DNA of 64,000 nucleotides, taken from NCBI GenBank assembly GCA_038207335.1, contig JBBQZX010000010.1:96379-160378 (forward strand). The letters run 5' to 3'. Shown here one piece after another: positions 20,917 to 31,500 of the stretch. Within the stretch, counting starts at the first letter, position 1; each line of letters opens with the position of its first letter. Made by a program: the position numbers and the translations under genes. Source of the stretch: Chthoniobacterales bacterium (GTDB taxonomy: Bacteria; Verrucomicrobiota; Verrucomicrobiia; Chthoniobacterales; Chthoniobacteraceae). The notes under the pieces are model-generated. The model worked only from the letters and a program-made list of their open reading frames with translations, made no database searches and had not been told where the DNA came from.

Positions 20917-20944
20917 TAACCCGTCCGAACAACGTTTGTTCGAG

Positions 20945-20983
20945 AAGCGCAAGCCGGTCACCGGCTTGCGCTTTTCTTTTTTT
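20945..20983 (+). terminator. Rho-independent terminator after the prepilin gene
   Basis: AAGCGCAAGCCGG-TCA-CCGGCTTGCGCTT then TTCTTTTTTT. Confidence 0.9.
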
Positions 20984-21059
20984 ACTGGGCGAAACTTCGC
21001 AGCGCACCGTTGGCTGCAACCGAACATCTCAGTGCCATCCAAAATTGATTGAGCGGGCA

Positions 21060-21354
21060 GGCATCAATTCTTCCGCGATGCCTCGTGGAAGCTGGAGTTT
21101 TCCCCGGAACTGGCGTTTGGGGCAAACCTTCGGACGTCGAAGCGAAAAATGATGGTTTGCATACCGTGCAACTCTACAATCTCGCCGCCGAAGCGGAGAA
21201 AAGAACAAGGTGGAGGCCGAGCATCTCACGAAATCAAGCGCCTCACGGTGCATCTCGATGCGATCGTCGCGAATGGACGCAAGCACTCCGGGCGCCCACA
21301 AGAAAACGATGTCGCCGTCAACTATCACATCCAGCGCCCACTCCGCAGCCATGA
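21060..21354 (+). pseudogene. Frameshifted relic of an arylsulfatase 3' end, homologous to ~34710-35017
   Basis: Fragments across shifting frames (RDASWKLEF / PGTGVWGKPSDVEAKNDGLHTVQLYNLA / VEAEH / IKRLTVHLDAIVANGR / PQENDVAVNYHIQRP) match the C-terminus of the sulfatase at 33485-35017. Confidence 0.9.
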
Positions 21355-21519
21355 GCGGTCACTCACTTCTGCCTAGCGCTCGTTTTCACAGTAGTTAGTT
21401 GACCAGCGGATAGGGCGGCATTCTAACGCGGGTGGCTAGGAGCATTCGGATGTTTAGGACCGGCCGCGGGTTCGTATATCGAAATGGCAGAGAGCACGGG
21501 AGTCCGGTAAGGTGGAAAA

Positions 21520-22359
21520 ATGTCCGGTTCCCCTCCGCTCAAAGAAACTTCCATCGACGGGCCGCGCACGCGGTTGTGGAAGCTGCACTCCGCCGACTGC
21601 CCGGAGATGAAGGCGCACCGGATCGCACGACTTGGCTGGGACGCTGCCTTCGCGCCATATTCGCGGGTTCGCCTGAAGCCGGTAGGCAGCTTTTTTCTCG
21701 TCTGCGTCGAAGGAGAAGGCCGAATTCTCTTCGATGGTCGCTGGCAACGCGTGAGGAAAGGCGACGTGTGCATCGCACCTCCGCGCGTGCTCAACGCCTT
21801 TCGTGCCATACCGGGGAAGTGCTTCACCTTTGCGTGGATCCGCTACGATGAACCGCCGTGGGTGAAGCCGCTCGTCGGTGCGGATTCACCGGTGCGCTGC
21901 CGCGAAGGCGGGGAGGAGCTCGCCAGGGCGATTTTCGGCCTTCGCGTGGAGTGGGAGGGGGCGCGTGCGCCGACCGTGGTGCATCATTGGATGAGCTTGG
22001 TGCAAGAATTCGCCGCACGGCTGGCGCGGCCGTGGGGAGTGAACGACCGCCTCTGGAAGTTGTGGGAAAAAGTTGGAAGTGATCTTGCGGAACCTTGGTC
22101 CCTCGTGGAAATGGCGAAGCAGGCGCATCTCAGCACTGAACACCTCAGACGGCTCTGCGTGCGGACGCTTGGACGCTCCCCTGTGCAGCATGTCACCTAC
22201 ATCCGAATGCAGCGCGCCCAGCAGCTCCTCGAGGCGACGGACGATAAAATCGAAACCGTCGCGCCAATGGTCGGCTACGAAAATGCGATGGTCTTCTCCC
22301 GCGCCTTCAAGCGCTGGGTGGGGCTGACCCCCACGGAATATCGCAGCCGAAAATTGTAG
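21520..22359 (+). CDS. AraC family transcriptional regulator
   Basis: C-terminal double HTH: WSLVEMAKQAHLSTEHLRRL...RMQRAQQLL...VGYENAMVFSRAFKRWVGLTPTEYR; cupin-like N-terminus. Confidence 0.93.
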   Translation: MSGSPPLKETSIDGPRTRLWKLHSADCPEMKAHRIARLGWDAAFAPYSRVRLKPVGSFFLVCVEGEGRILFDGRWQRVRKGDVCIAPPRVLNAFRAIPGKCFTFAWIRYDEPPWVKPLVGADSPVRCREGGEELARAIFGLRVEWEGARAPTVVHHWMSLVQEFAARLARPWGVNDRLWKLWEKVGSDLAEPWSLVEMAKQAHLSTEHLRRLCVRTLGRSPVQHVTYIRMQRAQQLLEATDDKIETVAPMVGYENAMVFSRAFKRWVGLTPTEYRSRKL

Positions 22360-22539
22360 CCGTCCTCTGATTTTCGGATTTTCCGAGAGATGTGGATTTT
22401 CGTCGGCAGCTCGTGGATGCCAGCTATGGCGCACCGGCGTATCCCACCCAATGATGAGATCACTCCGACTCCAGGCGAAGTTTTCGGAGTCTCCTCCCTG
22501 CAACAATCGTCCCCTCGTATCCGACCAATAAATCGATTC

Positions 22540-25500
22540 ATGAAAACTACCCATCCCTCCCGTCTCGTTCGTAAAGCTCCTCGCCACTCCGCCCTCATCA
22601 TCGCCGGTTCCATCGCGGGCCTGCTGGGCATCCATTGTGCCTATGCGGATAGCGGCATTTGGACGAACGTTTCGACCGGTGGTCTTTGGAGCGATCCAGC
22701 GAATTGGTCAGCCGGCATCGTGGCAGACGGCTCCGGGTTCACTGCGGACTTTAACACGATCGACATCGTCTCGGACAACACTGTCCACATGGACGGTCCG
22801 TACACTCTGACAAGCCTGATCTTCGGGGACACTGACACCGCTACGGCTGCGAACTGGATCGTTGACAACAATGGCGTCGGCAATGTCCTCACCCTTGCCG
22901 GTGCCGGTGCCAGCATTGCAGTCAACAATCTCGGCATCGGAAAGACGGCGACAATCAGCGCAGTGATTGGCGGCACGACGGCATGGAGCAAAGCCGGCAT
23001 TGGCACCCTGGTTCTTTCGGGCGCCAATAGTTTTACTGGTGCGACGACCATCTCCGCCGGCACGCTTCAAATGAGTGGAGCTGGCACGCTCGGCGCGCCG
23101 GGCACCACTGTCCTCGTGAATCCAGGCGCGTTGCTCGATCTGAACGGAACCAATCAGACAATCGGGCTCGGAGCAGGTGCGGGTATCATCGCGAACAACT
23201 CTGGCAGCGGGGTTTCCACGCTCACCGTGACGAGTGTCGCGGGTGGAAATACCGTGATCAATGACAGCACCACGACCGTCGGCGGGAAGATCGCGGTCGT
23301 CTTCGGCACAGCAAACCCGAATCTGTTTGCTGCCAGCAACTACTCTGGCGGCACGACGGTGCAAGCTGGAGTTTCGGGGAATGGCAACTTTGTTCAACTC
23401 TCCGTCGCGACGGCTAAGCTCGGGGTTGGTCCGATCAATTTGGTTGGGGCGTTCAGCAGCCTTTTGGGAGGTATCGCAGGTTTGACGATTGCCAATGACA
23501 TATCCGGCTTGGGGAACGTTTCCAACAATGTCAATGGGGCAGCAACGATCAAGTTGACGGGCACGCTGACAAATACGGGGAGCTATACCTTCCGGAATGC
23601 TGCCAACGTTTATGATTTCGCCTCGACTGGAGAGAATACTCTCAACGCCGTCATTGGCGGTTCCGGCGGCGTCAACAACTTGACGACAGCCGGGAGCGTC
23701 ATCAAATCCAGCACTGGGAAGCTCACGCTGACCCAGACCAACCTTTACACCGGAACGACAACGGTTTCGGGGGGAGTGCTGAACATTCAAAACGACGCAG
23801 CCTTGGGGACGACCGCAGGAGGAACGACCGTCTCGAGTGGGGCAGCTTTGCAGCTTCAGGGGGGTATCACGGTCGGTGCGGAAGCTTTGACCGTGGTCGG
23901 CGGCGGCGAAGCTGCTAATTCGAACTCTGGTGCAATTCGTAACATTTCAGGTGATAACACCTACAACGGAGCGATCACCATGACGGGTAACACCCGCGTC
24001 ACTTCCGATAGCGGGAGATTGACATTGAACACGGTAGCAGTGAATGCCGGCAGTGCGATCTTCAATGGCGGTGGCGAGACGGTCATTTCTGGCGTGCTCA
24101 GTGGCGTGGGAGGATTGGTCAGGGACGCCTTCATTCCCGGCAGTGGACAAATTAACAACGGTCGGGGAACGCTCACGCTCACGGGCGCAAACATCTTTAC
24201 CGGTGCGACCGCGTCGAACGGGGGAGCGCTCATCATTTCCGGGATTGACGGCACGGTTAAGACGAGCAGCGGAGTGACGATCACTCTTGGTGGGGTCTTG
24301 AGATTGGAAAACACCAGTGCTGCCAATAACCTCGACCGGCTGAAAGATACCGGTGCCGTCGTTATGCAGGGCGGCAGCTTGATTTTTTCAAATGACGCCG
24401 GAGTGGCCGACTTTAGCGAACTGACGGGGGCGCTTAGCATCACCGCGGGAATGAATACCATTTCGGCGAGCCAGGCGGGCGTTGGGCAATCTTCGACGCT
24501 CACCTTTGCTTCGCTTGCTCGAAGCGGTAACTCGCTGGTCAACTTTGTCGGCACCGGGCTCGGTGTGGACGCGCGCAACGCCATCAAGATCACCGGGCAG
24601 GCAGCGGGAAATCTGAGCGGGGCGACTTATAACACTTCGAACTTCGCAGCTTACGATTCGACCGTGGGCGTGACAGTCGCGACTTACACCGATATCGACG
24701 CGCGCGGCTCGTTCATCTCCGACGGGGCCACGAACGATGTGCGTATCCAATCTGCTGGCGCGGGTGGAAATATCGTGATCGGAAACCCGACTGCGATCAA
24801 CGCTCTCCTGCAAAATACGGCCACCGCGTCCACCGTGGACACGGCAGCCAGCACTTTGTCCACGAGTGCGATCATGATCGCTCCTGGTCAACAGGCGCTG
24901 ACCATCGGCACCGTGCCGGACAATGGCACCCTCACTGCGCTGACGGCGGGAGGCTCCCTGGCATTGATCAACCAGTCCAACAATCCGCTCACGATTAACG
25001 CGGCCATTCCGAACAACACTACGTCTTCGTCAGTGATCATTTCGGGCAGCGGCGTTACGACGCTCGCGGGATCGAATACCTACAGCGGAGATACTTCGGT
25101 GACATCTGGGACGCTTAATGTGACCGGCTCAAATACGATCGGTGCCGGGACCGTGAACGTCGGAAATACGGTGGGGAGCGCGGTGCTGAATATTTCCGGC
25201 GGAGCAAACGTGACTCTGTCCGGCAACGGCAGCTCGACTGGCACCTTTCGTGTGGGAACCGTCGCGGGGGGCAACGGCGCTTTGAATATCAGCGGCGGTG
25301 CCTTCGCGACTTCCGCTTCAGTGGACACGGACAACCAGCTCCTCTTTGGAGCGGTCGGTGGCAGCTACGGTAGTATGAATTTCTCCGGCGGCACATCGAG
25401 CACCCGGCGCTTGCAGATCGGCGGTGGAAACGCCACTGGCGGGGTGGGTGTGGGCACGATCTCAGGCACACACATGGCAACCGTGACCGGATTTCTGCTT

Positions 25501-26808
25501 ATCGGCCGCAGCACTGGCGCCTCGGGCGTTCTGACCGTCGGGCCAGGGGGGACGCTGAATCATGCCGGCGCTTTGCAGAACATCGGTCTCAGCTATAACG
25601 GGGGCCGCGGAGAGCTGAACCTAACCGGTGGTACGATCGACAGCACGGGAACGAGCCTGACTATTCGACAAGGGAATGCGGCCGGCAACATCGCCACGGG
25701 AATCGTCAATCTGAATTCAGGCACTTTTACGGTGAATTCCTTCATCAACTCGAGCGGAACGGCCTATCTCAATTTCAACGGTGGCACCCTCAAAGCCAGT
25801 TTGGACGGAGCCACGCTTGTCCCTAACACGATGACGGGTGTCTATCTCAATTCCGGTGGCGCGGTGATCGATACCAACAACGTTTCTGCGTCCGTCACCG
25901 CGAATCTTCTTGCTCCCACGGGCAACGGTGTCAACACCGTGCCGGTGACCGACGGCGGGTCGGGGTATATCGGCGCTCCCTATGTTTCGTTAGGAGGCGA
26001 CGGGTTCGGCGCGACCGCCATCGCGAATGTGGTGGATGACGGGACCGGCAAGGGCACTTTCAAGATAGCTAGCATCAGCATCACGAATCCCGGCAACAAT
26101 TACTCGGCCACACCCACGGTGTCGCTGCTCGGTGGCGGAGCGACTGCGGGCGCGACGCTTGGCCTTCCGACGACGGCGACAAATAGTAGCGGCGGACTGA
26201 CCAAAAATGGCGACGGCACGCTCACGCTTGCCGGAGCGAGCACATACACTGGAGCGACTGCCGTCACAGCCGGGACACTGTTCGTCAGCGGAAGCATCGG
26301 CGGCAGCGGCGTTGCGGTAAGTGGCGGCACGCTGGGCGGCACCGGCACGACAGGAGCCGTCACGGTCGGGGCGGCAGGTACGCTCGCTCCCGGCGCCAGT
26401 ATCGGCACGCTGAATACTGGAACACTCGGCTTCACCGGAGGCACCTTCGCGCTAGAAATCGACTCGACTGCCGTCGCCAGTGATCGCGCCAACGTTACGG
26501 GCAATCTCAATCTCTTCGGCGGTGCGACTCTCACCCTTTCCGACTTCAATCCCTCCGCCACGGCACTCACCCTAGGCCAAGTGTTCACCTTCATCACCTA
26601 CAGCGGTTCATGGGATGGCGGAACCTTCGCGGGCCGCCCCGATGATTCGACCTTTGCGTTCGGCTTGAACAACTACCGCATCAGCTACAACGGGGTGAAC
26701 AACACCATGAAGGAAGTAACTCTTCAAGTCATCCCAGAGCCAGGGGCCGCGATCTCGCTTGTTGGCGGCCTTGGACTGCTGCTCGGGCTGCGCCGCCGCC
26801 GAGCCTAA
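22540..26808 (+). CDS. Autotransporter-associated beta-strand repeat protein with PEP-CTERM sorting signal
   Basis: Repeats K.G.GTL.L.G.N.Y.G.T.V..GTL; C-terminus VIPEPGAAISLVGGLGLLLGLRRRRA; long signal peptide. Confidence 0.92.
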   Translation: MKTTHPSRLVRKAPRHSALIIAGSIAGLLGIHCAYADSGIWTNVSTGGLWSDPANWSAGIVADGSGFTADFNTIDIVSDNTVHMDGPYTLTSLIFGDTDTATAANWIVDNNGVGNVLTLAGAGASIAVNNLGIGKTATISAVIGGTTAWSKAGIGTLVLSGANSFTGATTISAGTLQMSGAGTLGAPGTTVLVNPGALLDLNGTNQTIGLGAGAGIIANNSGSGVSTLTVTSVAGGNTVINDSTTTVGGKIAVVFGTANPNLFAASNYSGGTTVQAGVSGNGNFVQLSVATAKLGVGPINLVGAFSSLLGGIAGLTIANDISGLGNVSNNVNGAATIKLTGTLTNTGSYTFRNAANVYDFASTGENTLNAVIGGSGGVNNLTTAGSVIKSSTGKLTLTQTNLYTGTTTVSGGVLNIQNDAALGTTAGGTTVSSGAALQLQGGITVGAEALTVVGGGEAANSNSGAIRNISGDNTYNGAITMTGNTRVTSDSGRLTLNTVAVNAGSAIFNGGGETVISGVLSGVGGLVRDAFIPGSGQINNGRGTLTLTGANIFTGATASNGGALIISGIDGTVKTSSGVTITLGGVLRLENTSAANNLDRLKDTGAVVMQGGSLIFSNDAGVADFSELTGALSITAGMNTISASQAGVGQSSTLTFASLARSGNSLVNFVGTGLGVDARNAIKITGQAAGNLSGATYNTSNFAAYDSTVGVTVATYTDIDARGSFISDGATNDVRIQSAGAGGNIVIGNPTAINALLQNTATASTVDTAASTLSTSAIMIAPGQQALTIGTVPDNGTLTALTAGGSLALINQSNNPLTINAAIPNNTTSSSVIISGSGVTTLAGSNTYSGDTSVTSGTLNVTGSNTIGAGTVNVGNTVGSAVLNISGGANVTLSGNGSSTGTFRVGTVAGGNGALNISGGAFATSASVDTDNQLLFGAVGGSYGSMNFSGGTSSTRRLQIGGGNATGGVGVGTISGTHMATVTGFLLIGRSTGASGVLTVGPGGTLNHAGALQNIGLSYNGGRGELNLTGGTIDSTGTSLTIRQGNAAGNIATGIVNLNSGTFTVNSFINSSGTAYLNFNGGTLKASLDGATLVPNTMTGVYLNSGGAVIDTNNVSASVTANLLAPTGNGVNTVPVTDGGSGYIGAPYVSLGGDGFGATAIANVVDDGTGKGTFKIASISITNPGNNYSATPTVSLLGGGATAGATLGLPTTATNSSGGLTKNGDGTLTLAGASTYTGATAVTAGTLFVSGSIGGSGVAVSGGTLGGTGTTGAVTVGAAGTLAPGASIGTLNTGTLGFTGGTFALEIDSTAVASDRANVTGNLNLFGGATLTLSDFNPSATALTLGQVFTFITYSGSWDGGTFAGRPDDSTFAFGLNNYRISYNGVNNTMKEVTLQVIPEPGAAISLVGGLGLLLGLRRRRA

Positions 26809-26977
26809 GTCCTATGCTGTCTGTTCTTCCTGCTTGAACTGTGGCCCGGCTTTGCCGCGCTGGCAGGCAAGTGCTCGGGAGATCGGCGTGTCATCCTTTA
26901 TACTCACACTTTTACCACCGGCGACCCACCTCCGGAGAGGCCGACATTGGTCAGCCGCTGGCCGATACCCTCTCCCC

Positions 26978-28564
26978 ATGACCGAGCAGTTTCAACGTGC
27001 CTTGAATCCCACGCTCGGATACTGCCGTTGGATCGTCGTGCTAGCTCTCATCCTGCTCGGAATCCCCTCAGCGCAGGCCGCCACGCTCACATGGGATGCG
27101 GTGACATCGACGAGCAGGGTACAGGAAGGTGATGGCACATGGACGGCGGGAGGCGTCACATTCTGGAATGGCACAACCAATGTGGCGACGGCGAATGAAT
27201 TGGTCACGGATATCGCCCGCTTCGGCAATGGCGGAATGCTGGCCGAGGCGGCGACAATCAACGTCGGAACCCAAAGTATCAACGGCCTGATCTTTGGAGC
27301 GACGGTTACGAGCGGCTATACATTGATCAGCGATGACACTTCCGTCCTTACGCTCGGCGCTGGCGGAATCGTGGTAAACACTGACGTGCAAGTCACGACC
27401 CTCGGCAGCGAGAACCTTTCATTCATGCTCGGTGCGAACCAGACGTGGACGAACAACTCAGCCAATCCCTTGATTCTCGACGGTGCGGTGAACGGTGGAG
27501 GCAAGGTTTTGACAGTAAGTGGAACAGGGTTGGTGAATTTCGCCGCTGGTTTCTCGAACCTCGGGCTCAACTCCACCTTCAACTCGGGAACGAACATTAG
27601 CATCACAAGCGATTGCACGATCGGCACACCGCTTTTTGCCAATGGCAATACCACGATTTCCGCTGGCATGGTTCAGTCGTCCAATCAGATTGTGGTCATC
27701 AATAACACTGGGAACCTCACCGTCACTGGCGATGGAGTGATGTCGGGTAGCCAATTCCGTATCGGCAGCGTCAGCGGACAGGCTGCAAACCTAACTGTCA
27801 GTGAGACGGGTCAAGTCACGGCGGCGAGCAGTATCGAATTCAGCCATGCGGGCGGCACAGTCGCCAGTAACTTGAACCTCAATGGTGGGACTTTTACGAC
27901 GCCCGTGGGCTTCACGATGACGGGAGTTGGAACGGTGAATTTCAACGGTGGCACACTTAAGCTCACCAGCACTTTGGCGGACCTCAAAGTGGGCGGTGCT
28001 GCGGTGCTCACTCTGAATGTCAGCGACGGCGCTGTAATCGATGTTGCGCCTTCCGTGACTGTCGGAGTCTCGCAGGTGCTGGCTCACGCAGGCGGTTCGG
28101 CGACCGATGGCGGGCTGATCAAAAGGGGCGCTGGGACGCTGGAGCTAAAAGCTACCAATACCTACACCGGCGACACCGATGTGGAGGAAGGAACTTTGAG
28201 TTTCACGACTGCATCGCTGAATAACTTCTCCACCGTCACGGTGGCCGCCGGCGCGGTGTTGAAGTTGAATCATTCGCTGACCGACGCAGTAGCCGGCTTG
28301 ACACTGGGTGGAGTCGTAAAAGCCGACGGCACCTATAACTCGGGCAACTCCGGGGGCTTCATCACCGGCACTGGCAGCCTATTGGTCGATTCCACGCCGG
28401 CGGCGGACGACCCATTAACCCAAGCATTCGCCGCGCTACGGGATCATATCAATGGTGCCATCACTCTCAACGCCGCGCAGATCAATACCAACGCGGCGAC
28501 GATCCGCAGCAATGCCTCGAAGCTCGGCACCAACTCCGCCATCATCGCGACGCGCTCAGCCTAG
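26978..28564 (+). CDS. N-terminal part of a frameshifted beta-strand-repeat / M60 peptidase protein
   Basis: Signal peptide (..IPSAQAA), LIKRGAGTLELKATNTYTGDT repeat; ends abruptly at IIATRSA* where the next frame continues. Confidence 0.75.
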   Translation: MTEQFQRALNPTLGYCRWIVVLALILLGIPSAQAATLTWDAVTSTSRVQEGDGTWTAGGVTFWNGTTNVATANELVTDIARFGNGGMLAEAATINVGTQSINGLIFGATVTSGYTLISDDTSVLTLGAGGIVVNTDVQVTTLGSENLSFMLGANQTWTNNSANPLILDGAVNGGGKVLTVSGTGLVNFAAGFSNLGLNSTFNSGTNISITSDCTIGTPLFANGNTTISAGMVQSSNQIVVINNTGNLTVTGDGVMSGSQFRIGSVSGQAANLTVSETGQVTAASSIEFSHAGGTVASNLNLNGGTFTTPVGFTMTGVGTVNFNGGTLKLTSTLADLKVGGAAVLTLNVSDGAVIDVAPSVTVGVSQVLAHAGGSATDGGLIKRGAGTLELKATNTYTGDTDVEEGTLSFTTASLNNFSTVTVAAGAVLKLNHSLTDAVAGLTLGGVVKADGTYNSGNSGGFITGTGSLLVDSTPAADDPLTQAFAALRDHINGAITLNAAQINTNAATIRSNASKLGTNSAIIATRSA

Positions 28565-31500
28565 TGACGCTCTATGAGACAAAGAAAGGCGCCTTGTTTG
28601 TCGCTACACCCACCCGGGGTGGCTATGACCGCGCGGCAACCGGCTTTGAACTTCCCAATGCCATGCTCACGCTGGAGCAGCGGATTTTGGACAACACGTA
28701 TACCGCGGCCAGCCTCGCGTTGAATGAGAACTTGTTGAAGGGCTGGAAAATCGGGAGTTCCGCGCATTTCCCCGGCTCCGTGCCCCCGCCGGCAGACCCT
28801 TCAGCCTCGCGAACCGTGCAGATCAATGCGTCACAGCCGAAAACCTTTGGCTCGCCGGTGCTCTACTACGACTACGATGCCCGCCGTCCCACGGGGTCCT
28901 ACCTCGCGCCCGGCAGCATCGCCACTGTCACCGTGCCAGCAGCGCTGGTGAACAAAGGCTTCAAAGTCCGGGTCGGCGCCCATTCATGGGATCTGACGGC
29001 CAAGAGCCGAATCGAGCGCGTGGACCGGATCTCGCGCGTTTACTCCATCACCAGCACCACGACCAAGATCGCGCATCCGATGGGTGGCGGTATCTACATC
29101 GAGGTCCCTTACCTCGCGAATGCAGGCATCGTGTCCGTGCAAATTACCAACGCCGTCCGTTCGCCCTTCTTCTCGGCCACAAGTTTCCACCAGACCTCTC
29201 TTTCCGAGTGGCAGAATATTGAGCGCACTCAGCCGGGGCCGTGGGCGGACTTCGAGTCCGACAAATTCATGATGCAGGTCCCGCGCTCGTGGATTTATGC
29301 CTACTCCAACCCAGTCGCGCTGATAGCGGACTGGGACAAGGCGATGGATGCCGTCTCCGACATGATGGGTCTGCCGCAGATCCGCTCCAAGACGGTGATG
29401 TATGCGCAGGTGGACGTGATCTTGCGGGCAGACGTCAACGCGCCCGGCTATCCGTGTGTCAACGACGCCTACGACCCCTACGCAGCCACCAATGGCAACA
29501 AGTCCCACTACCTCCTGACTGGCCCGCAGAACTCTCCTTGGGCGACCTTGCACGAACTAGGCCACTCGCAAAGCTTCACCAAGTTCACCGGCGAGGTGGA
29601 GTCCGCCGTGAACCTATTTTATGTGGCTGTGCTGAACCGGAAATTCGGCAAGACTCTCGACTTTGCTTTTGGCGCGTCGATCGGGGCACCGAGCGACATG
29701 TCCACTGTGAACCTGCGCAATGTCTCGCTGATGTGGACTTTGAAAAGTGTGTTCCGCACCGGCAATAAGACAATGGTGCTGGCCGACATGAGTTATGAGC
29801 ACAAGGGCCACGCAAAATACGTTGAGATCGCCAATCTGTTCGGATGGGATGCGCTGGGCGATTTTTGGAACTCAGTGCATCTCGACTACGAGAAGGGCAT
29901 TTCGTACCCGGTCAACTCCGATCCCACAGACAGCCGCATCGTGCGGATGTCAAAGGCTGCGGGCTTCGATTTGCGACCCTTGTTCCATTTTTGGGGAGTC
30001 CCTCCGCTGAACGCAACCAGCGTGCGGAACTCGATCGTCGCGGCGAAGCTGCCTGCCTCGGGAGCCCTCTACCGGCGCTTGAAATACTATCAAGCAGTCG
30101 TTCCCACGAGCCAGTCCGCTTACAATAACTTTTACTACGCCATCGATCAGACCGGCGCAGACTCCGAGATCAAGGCACTGTTCACCAACAGCTCTTACAC
30201 AACTGCGATTGCCGACAGCGCCAAAGCTGCCATCCAAGGGATCATCGATTTGTATTTTCCAAACGGTGACCCGGACTTGCTGAGCGCTAACTCTACTTGG
30301 GACATCCTGCCCGGCACCGCCGGGGCTGGCAATGGCACGATCACGAGCGCCGCTGGCACCTGGAGCACCACCGTCGCCAACTGGACCAATGACGGCGGCA
30401 CGAACAACGTAGTCTGGACCAACGATTCGCACGCCACATTCAACCCGGGAACCTACACGGTGACCGTGGCCAGCGGAGTCACCGTGCGCAACCTGACGGT
30501 GCCTGCGGGTGCAGGGAACATCACTTTGAAAGCCGCGACCGACAACGGCGGCCTGACCCTCGGCACCAATCCACTGTGGACGCTCAATGATAGCGTCGTG
30601 ACCCTCACCGCCGACTCCGTCACCGACATCAAGCTAACCGTGAGCACCGGCAACACGCTGACGCTCACCGGATCGGGAACTTTCAACAGCGGCGAGAAGC
30701 CGACCGGTGCCGACTGGTCAGTCGCCGGCTCCGACCTCAGTGTCCAAGGCACGCTCACCCTGCGAGGCAATGTGCTGGGTGTCGGGAAGTTCGAGAGCAT
30801 TGCGATGGCCGCGGGGACCAGCTTCGTCCACGAAAGGAACCAGACCGAGACTTACACGAATTCGTGGAGCCTGTCCGGCACCGGGCAGGTCAGCTACGGC
30901 ACGCGCTACGCGGCCACGCCGACTTATGTGGGAGTCATCTCCGGCTCAGGCGGGATGACCTTCAATGGAACGGCCATCGTCGCGGGCGACAACACTTACA
31001 CCGGCACCACACTCGTCTCGACGGGAACCATAAGCCTAACAGGAAACCGTACCGTTGCCTCGGGCGCAATCAGTGTTGGCAACGTCAACGGAAGCACGGC
31101 CACGCTCAATATTTCCAACGGCAGCTACACGACTGGCCCGATCACCGTCGGGTCCGGAGACGCCACGGCGGCCGGGATTGTAAACCAGACGGGCGGATCG
31201 CTGACCTTGAGCGCCACGCAGTTAATCCTCGGCAACGTGGGCAGCGGCACCACCGCAGGCACCGCCGCCTTCGGCACTTATAACCTGAGTGGCGGCACCT
31301 TGACCGGAGCGGCTGCCACCACGCGCGGCATCATCCTCGGGACTAACAACGGCACCACCGGAATCTTCAACCTGAGCGGCAACGGGAATCTCGACATGAG
31401 CGCTGCGATCCTCATGGTTGGCCGCTCGGATACCGCGCTTACCGGGAGTTCAGGTTACTTCAATCAAACGGGCGGAGCTTCCGTGGTAGGAAATCTCACC

